DNA of 64,000 nucleotides from Azolla caroliniana (lineage: Eukaryota; Plantae; Polypodiophyta), in the NCBI GenBank assembly GCA_043228905.1, contig JBHGNT010000014.1:17050001-17114000 (forward strand), in the 5' to 3' direction. Position 1 is the stretch's first letter. Each line of letters starts with the position of its first letter. A program made the translations under genes and the position numbers. Positions 36,904 to 48,177 of the stretch are shown here, piece by piece. The notes under the pieces were generated by a model. The model saw only the letters and a program-made list of their open reading frames with translations, ran no database searches and had not been told where the DNA came from.

Positions 36904-36969
36904 GGATTTTTAGAGAGGGTTGTCAAGGCGTGGGGCCGCGATAGTCCGGACACTCCGGGAAAACCCCAC
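36904..36969 (+). promoter_or_regulatory. Predicted -1 ribosomal frameshift signal (G_GAT_TTT, TAG, H-type pseudoknot)
   Basis: ORF1 ends GAG GAT TTT TAG and pol continues in the -1 frame. Conserved in B, C and D; the heptamer is mutated in E1. Confidence 0.75.
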
Positions 36970-39900
36970 AAATGTACGATAGAGGCGAAACCGAAGAAAC
37001 CTTGTACCATAAGTAGGAAGTTTTGTTTCTCCGACAACGGAGGGTGTATGATAGTTGGCATCGTTGGCCGAGAAAAGACAAGGGCGGAAGAGCGACTTCG
37101 GGCGTGCGGAGTTCTCGGGCCCAGCGAGGAAATCAACGGAGTCGTGGAGGCGGTCTCCTTCGACGATACCTTGGGAATACTACGAGAGGTGGTCGGAGAG
37201 GGCCTTAAAGAGGACCGGACGATACCGGTTTGTTCAGAAGAGATGTATGAAGTCATCGCGGACTTCAGTCGAGGGCTCGAGTCGGATCGGATGGCCCGGG
37301 TTAATACGAAGTACAAGATTGTAGACCGGAAGGTAAGGCCAGTCGCGGCACCCTTACCGGAGGGCAGCGAGTTGCGAATAAAGGGGGTCACGTCGGACCC
37401 CAGTTTGCGAGATCCGGCCTGCATAGGACACACCTTCACTGACAGAACGCTACGGGAGCTCAAAATCGGTGGGGGCGGGTTCCTACTGCCGGCGGAAGAA
37501 GACCAGTTTCGGAGAATGCTCGGAAGGCACAGGAAAGCCTTCGCATTCTCACCGGAAGAGATCGGGTGCGTAGACCCGACAGTCGTGAAGTCGATGGTGA
37601 TATTCACGGTACCGCATGTGCCGTGGAATCTCAAACCAATTCCGGTACCGAGAGCTGACATCCCGGAGCTGATGGAGCTATTGAGGCAGAAAGTCGATAT
37701 AGGCATCCTCGAACCGTCGAGTGCCCCGTACTCGAACCGGTGGTTTACCGTACCGAAGAAGAACGGGACGTTGCGCTTCATTCAAGACTTGCAACCGGTC
37801 AACAAAGTGACCATTCGAAACGTAGGAATCGGACCAACGATAGACGAGTTCACGGAGGCCTTCACCGGAAGGTCGATCTACTCGGTCCGTGATCTGTACT
37901 TGGGGTACGATAAGTTCCAACTAGCCTTGGAGATCAGAGACATTACGACGATGCAGACTCCTCTCGGCCTAGTGCTGATGTGTACCCTACCACAAGGAGG
38001 GACGAACTCGGTGGCCCACATGGTGAATGTGATTAACAAGGTGCTGAGGGATTGTATCCCGGACATCACCATGCCATTCTTGGACGACATCCCGATCAAG
38101 GGATGTCCGCTGGAGGAAAAGGATGAAACGATCGGACCGGATGGATGCCAGAAATTCGTGGCGACACACATTGACGACTGCGAGAGGGTGCTGCAGAGGC
38201 TAGAGGACGCGAGGCTCACCTTCTCCGGGGAGAAATCGGCCTTCGGGCAATCAAAGATCATGGTCGTCGGACATCTATGCAGACCGTATGGCCGGAAACC
38301 GTCTCCGGCTAAGGTGGAAGCCATCTCCGCAATGAAGCCCGACTGTAACTCGGTCACGGAGGTGCGGAGGTTCTTGGGAGCATGTGCGTTCTACCACATA
38401 TGGATCCCGCATTACGCCCACGTTGCCGAGCCGCTGTACGGGTTGCTGAAAAAGGGGCGAAAATTCGAGTGGCGAGACGAGCATACGGAGTCAGTCCAAA
38501 AGATGAAGGAGGCTCTTGCTGCAGCTCCGACACTCCGAAAGGCTGTCTAGGAGAAAGGCACTCCTATCTACATAACGGTAGATACAAGTCCAACCGGGAT
38601 CGGATGGGTCGTCAACCAAGAAGATGAGGACAGCATTCGGTTCCCAATCCGGTTCGGCACGAAGGTCCTCAACGAGCGACAGCGAGGATACGCCCAGGTT
38701 AAACGCGAACACTAGGGTATCGTTTCGGTGGTGAAGGCCGATAAAGACTATCTGATCGGGACAGAGGTGATTATCGAGACGGACTACCTGCCGATTCTCG
38801 GCATGGTTTTCGGATGCGCAACCCCGGACCTGGCAATGCTCAGGTGGATAGCGTACATCAAGTCCCTGGATCCGGAAATACGACACATTTCCGGGAGAGA
38901 CAATACCATGGACGACATGCTTTCGAGGGCGCGATTCGACGACGAGGGCGGCATGGTTTCGGAGGACGAGGAAGTCGGCGTGGACTTCTTCGAGGCGGCT
39001 TACGTAACAACCGAGGGAGGGAGCACTCCGGTGCTTAACGATTTCAACGAGAGCAAGTACGACGGGGAGTGGCTGCAGATTGGGGGATTCTTGAGGACGA
39101 TGACGCCGGACGCGTCATGGACAAAGAACGAGGCCAACCGGATCCGGAGGAAAGCATACCGATTCTTTCTCCGGGACGGATACTTGTGGAAGCACCCGAA
39201 GAAGAGAAACGGCATCCCGCTCCGAGTAGTGGCGATGGAGGAGGAACAGGAGGAGTTGCTGAAGGCCTACCACGACAGCCCCTGGGCTGGACACCGTGGG
39301 ACGTGGGCCACGTTCGAGAAACTAAAGGGGAAGTACTAGTGGTCGGGACTGTACCGGGACGTGCATCGGTTCGTGACAACTTGTGAGAGCTGTCAGATAC
39401 ACTCCATAGTCCGACATCGGGACGAGCTTCACCCTACATACCCTCCGGCCATCCACTTCAAATGGATGGTAGATTTGGTGACGATGCCGATGAGCGTAGG
39501 GTAGATGCGATATCTGGTGCTGGCCCGGGAAGACCTGACGAACCAGGTGGAAGGCCGAGCCCTGCAGAACAAAACGACCACGGTCGTGTGTCGGTTCCTG
39601 ATCGAGGACGTGATATGCCGGTACGGGTGCGTCGGGAAGATCGTGGCTGACAGCGGGGAGTTGGACGCCGAAGAGGCCGAGGAGTTGTTCGACCGGTTAG
39701 GGGTCAAGCTCTCGCTCACCACAGTGTACAATCCGGAGGCGAACGGGAAGGTGGAGCGCGGACACGGACCGATCGTCAAAGCGCTAGTCCGGGCGTGCGG
39801 AGGACAGGTCGGGAACTGGCCACGACTGTTACCTTATGCCTTGTGGGCGGACCGGACAACGCACAGTTCGGTAACCGGGTTCATGCCGTCAGAGCTCATG

Positions 39901-41224
39901 TTCGGACTGAAGCTGATCATGCCGATGGAACGGACGATCTCCTCTTGGGCGACAGTGGACTGGAGAGATGAGATGAGCCGGGAAGAACTGCTAGCGGTGC
40001 GTATATGGCAGCTCGAGCGGAGGCCAGAGGACGTGGAACGAGCGGCGGAGAGACTTCGAACGGCGAGGATGAGGAACAAAGCCCGGTTCGACCGAACGCA
40101 CCGGCTCCGACCAAAGAAAATCGAGGAAGGCGACTGGGTGCTAGTCTACGACAGCAGCCTCGACAAGCAGCACCGGGCAACACGGAAGTTTGCCAAGCGG
40201 TGGTTCGGGCCTTACGTGGTAACAAGCGCCAACGACAACAGGACATATCACCTGGCGGAACTCGACGGTACGAGGATGGCGATACCGGTAGCAGGGAAGC
40301 GGATCAAAGCGTTCAAGAAGCGCCACGACGGCGAACCGGATCTAAGAGGCCTGGACAACGACGATGAACAGTCCGAAACGGAGGACAAACCGATGGACGA
40401 GGAACCGGAACCCGGACCGGTTTTCTCCAACCAGAACCCAATTTTGGCGCATACCGGTGGATGCGCGGTTAGGTGGGGGCGGATGTCGTGAAGAAAACCG
40501 TCCCTTAGCGTAATCGGTGCATAGCGCGCGTGAATCGGCTCTTCACGTGTGCGCGCCCTTTAATGTATATAATAGAGAATTAGGTACAAAGGTATATTCT
40601 AGGTGGTTAGATTCGGTAGGTAGGAAGTTAATGAGGGAAAGGACTCCCTTCTTGAAGCTATAAAAGAGAGGGAAACGCGGGGAGAAAAGGGATGAAATTT
40701 ATTGAGGAGGACGAAGTGCTGTCGGACCAAAACCGAACGCTTCTCCTCTGTTCGTTCTCCATCGCTCTTCTCTGCAGGTTTTCGGGAGGCTCGCGTTGCT
40801 TCGAGGAACGCCCGTGTGCTTCCGGCAGCACCTCCATCCTATCCCCTTTCGTGCGCAGACGAGCAGGCATCGGCATTTGTCCGCCGGCCTGTTCAGTTGT
40901 AACCGCTCGCGTGCTCTGTTGTTTATTTGTCATTCATTAATATACAAACATTCGTGTCTCTCTATCTATGTGTCCGTTCGTGTCTTCTGCGTTGACAGGG
41001 CTGTGTCCCTGAGTCTCTTTGCTCATACGTAACCGAGCGTCTCTCTCTTTCTCTTTCCCCTTCTATCACCTGCTCTTTGGTTCAAGACCCCGGTGGTCCC
41101 GCCTCGTTCTTCATGCACGCGCGTAGTAACGCGACAACGGTGCTAGGTACGAACGCCGTGATAATGCATCTGCTTTCCCTTGATGCTTCCCAAGTCGATA
41201 TGTAACCTTGAAGTTGAAACGCGT

Positions 41225-44200
41225 TGTCGTGAAGAAAACCGTCCACGAGCGGAATCGGTGCACCGGAGCGTAGAAACCGACTCTTCATGCACGTGCGCCT
41301 TAAGTTGTACATAGGAGATCCTAGGTAGATTCGGTAGGTAGGAAGTAAAGGGGAAACGACTCCTTCCTTACCTATAAAAGGAGGGAGACGAGGAGGGGCG
41401 AAGGATCACGGAGAGTCGAGGACGAAGTGCTGTCGGTTTGCGTGCGAAGGCTTCTCTCTCTCTCTTTCTGGTTTGCAAACGCCATAGCTTCCTTTTGTGC
41501 AGGTTTCGGGAGGCTCGCGCTGCTTTGAGGAATGCCCGAGTGCTTCCGGCAGCACCTCCAACCTACTCCTTCCTCTCTGTGTGTTTACGAGCAGGTATCG
41601 ACATCTGTTCGCCGGCCTGTTCGGTTGTAACCGACTTCGTGTTTTGTTGTCTTCGTGTTCTTGTTGTTTGTCTTTGTCAATACATACATACATTCGTGTC
41701 TTTCTGTGTCGCTGTCCCTCTTGCGTCTTTGCGTCGAAGGGCCGTGTCCCTGTGGATCTACGCTCGCACGTAGAGGGATTCTTCCCCTTCCTCTCTTGCT
41801 CTTTGGTACAGGACCCCCGAGGTTCCGCCTCATTCCACGCATCCGCGAGGAATACCTCGACATCTTGGTGAACCCGACATGAAAGAGGCGGCAGAAGAGA
41901 AGAAGATGAAAGGGTCGGATCTTTCAGAGGCCATGGCTTCGACCGTGAATCGGATACTGAGCGCACGCGAGGGCTCCGGCGCCCTTGACAGAGCCATTGA
42001 GGCGGTCGTCGGTACGATCGGCCGGTTCAGCGGAAAGGATGCCACGAAGTATTTGGCGTCCTACGGGGCAGAAATGCTGATGCGGGATATTCCGGAAGAG
42101 AGGCGTCTTGCCGGGTTTCCTCGAGTGGCGATGCCGAGCATCCAGGCGGAGGTGCTCGAGGTGTGGGCGGAGAGTCGTACCTGGGAGGAGTTCGAAGGCC
42201 GACTCCTGGAAAAATACGGGTTGGACGACGCGCTCCGGCTTTCGAAACGAGACTTCATGGAATGGGTGGAGTCCACTGGCAAGGGAAGAAACGCGTCGGC
42301 ACTCCTCCGGGAGTTCGAAGAACGCTTTGCGCGCCTTTCAGCGCTTGACCGAACCGTTCTGGATACGAGTCGGGTCCTACTGTTCGTCAAGTCGGTGGAC
42401 GAGCGGGACCGGGATCAAGTCGGCTCCTTGCTGGAAACCGAAGACGGGTTGACAACCAACTGGGCTGCGGTTAAGAGAGTCTGTGGCCGTTTCGACAAAC
42501 GGCAAGAATGGGCTGACAACCGGGCGGCCGGTGCGGGCTCTGTTACAGCAAGGAGGCTTGAACCGGCACCGCAAGTGCGAAGGGAAGAAACCCGGGAATG
42601 GCTCGAAACCGGTCCGGCTTCGACCGGCATGGTCAGTGGCTCGTCCGGAGGAGCAGCGCTGGAGGAGTTGACGCGGGCGATAAAGGATCTCCAGATCACC
42701 CAGACTCGAAGGGAAGGCGGCGAACCGGCTCGTGACCGACGGCCGGCAGTAGGGAACAGGTGCATGTGGTGCGACGAGGTCGGCCACATCCGGAAGGACT
42801 GCGGCGATTTCGCAGAAGCGTTGAGGAACCGGGTGGTGTACCTGTGGGAAGGTCGGGTGCATGCCGGCGATACCAGAAGGGCCCTAAACCGAAACGACGG
42901 GCGAGGAGGTATGAAGAGACTGATGGAAGAGGCAGCGGCCCGACACGTGGAGGCCATCCACTACTCGGCGTCGGCCGGCATTCGGGTCGGGGGCATCGAG
43001 GCCCGAAAGGAGGGCAAAGACGGATTCTGGTCGGCAATGCTGGAAGGTCCTGCCGGCGCACGACTGAAGAAAGATGAAACAGACCGTGCTGAGAGACGGG
43101 TTCGGGAAATAACCGGGTGGAGCGATCCGGTCGAGGAGAAGACGGGCTTCGTAGAAACCGCCTACCGGAACTACGAGGCTCTGGTAGAAGACAAGCGAGT
43201 GGGGAAAGCCGGAGCGGCCGGGCCTTCACAACGGTACGAGACCCGATTCGGGCAATGACGGAATGATGCCGGCGGGTCCAGCTCGCAAGATAACCCCAGG
43301 AAGGGCGGATACCGACTGGGGACGGAAATAGAAAGGACTACGGACCTACAGAAGGTCCTAGAGGAACAGATCCTCGACAGCAAAGTGGAGCTATCATTGC
43401 GAGAGGTGTTAGGGATCGCCAAGAAGGAATTCCACGACTCCATTGTGAACCTGGTGAAACGGAAGAGGCTGTCGACGGAGACGGAACCGGAAAGACCGGT
43501 GGAGGTGTGGACGACGCACATCGACGACATGGCGATGGAAGACGAGTGGGCGGAGAGCCACTATTCGAGGCTGCACTGGGCCCGAGCGACCACGGAGACC
43601 CCGGTAAAGATCGGAGAGGTTCAGGAACCGGTGGTGGCACTGGTGGACCACGGTTCTGAAATAAACCTGATGTCCATGGACTTCTATAAGAAGGGAAAGT
43701 GGCCGATCAACACCAAGCACGGGTGGAAGATACAAGCGGCGACGCGCGCCACAGAGGAACTGCACGGGGCCTGCCCGAACGTGCGAGTCAAGATCGGCGG
43801 CGTTGAGATTGACCAGCACTTCTTCGTACAGGAGACGTCCTCGCACCCGGTCATATTAGGAGAACCATACATCACGGCGGCGCGAATGGAGACCAAGGTG
43901 CTGGACAACGGTTCGGCCTATGCGAGGGTCAAAAGCTAGGACGGGCGCCATTCGGTCCAATTTCTGACGGTGCGACCGAACCACGAGCGAAACCGCGAAT
44001 CCCTCGGTGGCGAGAACCGGGAGGATTTTTAGAGAGGGCTGCCAAGGCGTGGGGCCGAGACAGTCCGGACACTCGGGAAAGACCCCACGACTGTACGATA
44101 GGTAGGAGATTTTGCTTCTCCGACAACGGAGGGTGTATGATAGTCGGCATCGTTGGCCGAGAAAAGACAAGGGCGGAAGTGCGACTTCGAGCGTGCGGAG

Positions 44201-47200
44201 TTCTCGGCCCGGACGAGGAAATCAGCGGGGCCGTGGAGGCGGTCTCCTTCGACGACACCTTGGGGATGCTGAGGAAGGTTGCCGGAGAAGACCTTAACGA
44301 AGACCGGGCAATACCGGTATGTTCCGAAGAGATGTATGAAGTCATCGCGAACTTCAGTCGGGGGCTCGGGTCGGATCGGACGGCCCGAGTTAGCACGAAG
44401 TACAAGACTGTGGACCGGAAGGTAAGGCCTGTCGCGGCACCCTTGCCGGAGGGCAGCGAGTCCCGAATCAGAGGGGTGGCGTTGGACCCCAGTTTACGAG
44501 ATCCGGCCTGCATAGGACACACTTTCACCGACGGGATGCTCCGGGAGCTCAAGATCGGTGGGGGCGAGTTCCTACTGTCGGCGGAGGAAGACCGGTTTCG
44601 GAGAATGCTTGGAAGGCATGGGAAAGCCTTCGCATTCTCGCCGGAAGAGATCGGGTGCGTAGACCCGACAATCGTGGAGCCGATGGTGATATTCACGGTA
44701 CCGCATGTGCCGTGGAATCTCAAGCCGATTCCGGTACCAAGAGCTCACATCCCGGAGTTGATGGAGCTACTGAGGTAGAAAGTCGATATGGGTATTCTCG
44801 AACCGTTGAGCGCGCCATACTCGAACCGATGGTTTACCGTACCAAAGAAAAACGGAACATTGCGCTTCATTCAGGACCTGCAGCCGGACAACAGAGTGAC
44901 CATTCGGAACGCAGGAATCGGACCGACCATAGACGAGTTCACGGAGGCCTTCGCCGGAAGGTCGATTTACTCGGTCGGTGATCTGTACTCGGGGTACGAC
45001 CAGTTCCAGCTAGCCGTAGAGAGCAGAGACATTACGACGATGCGAACTCCCCTCGGCCTAGTGCGAATGTGTACCCTGCCGCAAGGACGGAACAACTCGG
45101 TGGCCCACATGGTGAATGCAATGAACAAGGTACTGAGGGATTGCATCCCGGACATCACCATGCCGTTTCTAGACGACATCCCGATCAAGGGGTGCCCGGT
45201 GGAAGAGAAGGACGAGACAGTCGGGTCGGACGGATGCCGGCAATTCGTGGCAACACACATCGGCGACTGCGAGAAGGTGCTACAAAGGCTAGAGGATGCG
45301 AGGCTCACCTTCTCCGGGGAGAAATCGGCCTTCGGGCAATCGGAAATCCTGGTGGTCGGACACCTATGTGGTCCGTATGGCCGGAAGCCGTCTCCGGCAA
45401 AGGTAGAAGCCATTTCCGCGATGAAGACCGACTGTAGCTTGGTTACGGAAGTTCGAAGGTTCCTGGGGGCATGCGCATTCTACCATATATGGATCCCGCA
45501 TTACGCCCACGTTGCGGAGCCGCTATACGGGTTGCTGAAGAAAGGGCGAAAATTCGAGTGGCGAGACAAGCACACGGAGTCGGTCCGGAAGCTGAGGAAG
45601 CTCTTGCGGCAGCACCGGCGCTCCGAAAGGCTGTCTACGAGAAGGATACCCCGGTATACATAACGGTGGATATGAGTCCGACCGGGATCGGATGGGTCGT
45701 CAACCAAGAAGACGAGGACGGCATTCGGTTCCCGATCTGATTCTGCGCGAAGGTCCTTAGTGAACGATAGCGAGGGTACGCCCAGGTTAAACGCGAACTC
45801 TGGGGTATCATTTCGGCAGTAAAGGCCGACAAAGACTGCCTGATCGGGACAGAAGTGGTTATCGAAACGGATTGCCTGCCGATTCTTGGCATGGTTTCCG
45901 GATGCGCGACACCGGACCTGGCGATGCTCCGGTGGATAGCGTACATCAAGTCCTTGGACCCGGAAATACGGCACATTTCCGGAAAGGACAACGCCATGGC
46001 CGACATGCTTTCGAGGGCAAGGTTTGATGACAAGGGCGGCATGGTTTCGGAGGACGAAGAAGTCGGCGTGGACTTCTTCGAGGCAGCGTACGTAACGACC
46101 GATGGGACGAGCAAGTACGACGACGAGTGGCTCCAGATCGGTGGATTTTTGAGGACAATGACGCCGGATGGGTCATGGACGAAGGACGAGACCAACCGGA
46201 TCCGGAAGAAAGCATACCGATTCTTTCTCCGGGACGGATACTTATGGAAGCACCCGAAGAAGAGGAATGGATTCCCACTCCAGGTGGTGGCGATGAAGGA
46301 AGAACAGGAGGAGCTACTGACGGGCTACCACGACAGCCCTTGGGCCGGACACCGTGGAACGTGGGCCACGTTCGAGAAGATAAAGGGGAAGTACTGGTGG
46401 CCGGGACTGTACCGGGATGTGCATCGGTTCGTGAGCACTTGCGAGAGCTGTCAGATGAACTCCATAGTCCGGCATCGGGACGAGCTTCACCCTACGTACC
46501 CTCCGACCATCCACTTCAAATGGATGGTAGATCTGGTGACGATGTCGATGGGCGTAGGACAGATGCGGTATCTGGTCTTGGCTCGGGAAGATCTGACGAA
46601 CCAGGTGGAAGGCCGGGCCCTTCAGAACAAAACGACCGCGGCCGTATGTCGGTTCCTGATTGAGGACGTGATATGCCGGTACGGGTGCGTCGGGAAGATC
46701 GTGGCTAATCGCGGGGAGTTGGACGCCGAAGAGGCCGAGGAGCTGTTCGACCGGCTAGGAGTCAAGCTCTCGCTTACCACTGCATACAATCCGGAGGCGA
46801 ATGGGAAGGTGGAGCGCGGACACGGACCGATCGTCAAGGCGTTAGTTCGGGCATGCGGAGGTCAAGTCGGGAACTGGCCGCGGCTGCTTCCTTACGCATT
46901 GTGGGCGGACCGAACTACGCACAGTTCGGTAACCGGATTCATGCCGGCAGAGCTCATGTTTGGGCAAAAGCCGATCATGCTGATGGAACGTACGATCTCC
47001 TCATGGGCAACCGTGGACTGGAGAGACGAGATGAGCCGGGAGGAACTGCTGGCGGCGCGTATACGGCAGCTCGAGTGAAGACCGGAGGACGTGGAGCAGG
47101 CTGCGGAAAGGCTTCGGGTGGCTAGGACGAGGAACAAAGCCCGGTTCGATCGGACGCACCAGCTCCGACCGAAGAAGATCGAGGAAGGCGACTGGGTGCT

Positions 47201-48177
47201 AGTCTACGACAACATCCTCGACAACCAGCACCGAGCGACACGGAAGTTCGCAAGAAGGTGGTTCGGGTCCTACGTGGTACAAAAGCGCCAACGACAATGG
47301 GACGTACCATCTGGCAGAACTCGACGGCACGAGAATGGCGATACCGGTAGCTGGGAAGCGGGTCAAAGCATTCAAGAACCGTCACGACGACGAGTCGGAT
47401 CCGGTTGACTTGGCCCGTGACGACGAGCGATCCGAAACCGAGGGAGAACCGACGGGCGGAGAATGAAGGCTGGACTGGTTTTCTCCGTCCCAGCACAATT
47501 TGGCGCATGCCAGTGGATGCGCGGTTAGGTGGGGGCAGATGTCGTGAAGAAAACCGTCCACGAGCGGAATCGGTGCACCGGAGCGTAGAAACCGACTCTT
47601 CATGCACGTGCGCCTTAAGTTGTACATAGGAGATCCTAGGTAGATTCGGTAGGTAGGAAGTAAAGGGGAAACGGCTCCTTCCTTACCTATAAAAGGAGGG
47701 AGACGAGGAGGGGCGAAGGATCGCGGAGAGTCGAGGACGAAGTGCTGTCGGTTTGCGTGCGAAGGCTTCTCTCTCTCTCTTTCGGGTTTGCAAACGCCGT
47801 AGCTTCCTTCTGTGCAGGTTTCGGGAGGCTCGCGCTGCTCTGAGGAATGCCCGAGTGCTTCCGGCAGCACCTCCAACCTACTCCTTCCTCTCTGTGTGTT
47901 TACGAGCAGGTATCGGCATTTGTTCACCGGCCTGTTCGGTTGTAACCGACTTCGTGTTTTGTTGTCTTCGTGTTCTTGTTGTTTGTCTTTGTCAATACAT
48001 ACATACATTCGTGTCTTTCTGTGTCGCTGTCCCTCTTGCGTCTTTGCGTCGAAGGGCCGTGTCCCTGTGGATCTACGCTCGCACGTAGAGGGATTCTTCC
48101 CCTTCCTCTCTTGCTCTTTGGTACAGGACCCCCGAGGTTCCGCCTCATTCCACGCATCCGCGAGGAATACCTCGACA
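41225..48177 (+). mobile_element. Element D: full-length Trp-primed gypsy with nonsense and frameshift mutations
   Basis: 638-bp LTRs at 41225-41862 and 47540-48177. 4-bp TSD GCGT. PBS at 41866. Same domain order as C. Confidence 0.97.

Larger units (their letters stand above)
34090..41136 (+). mobile_element. Element C: full-length Trp-primed gypsy with nonsense mutations
   Basis: 653-bp LTRs at 34090-34742 and 40484-41136. 4-bp TSD ACGG. PBS TGGTGAACCCGACGTGA at 34747-34763. gag with CMWCDEVGHIRKDC, PR (LVDHGSEINL), RT (FLDD), RH and INT. Confidence 0.97.
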
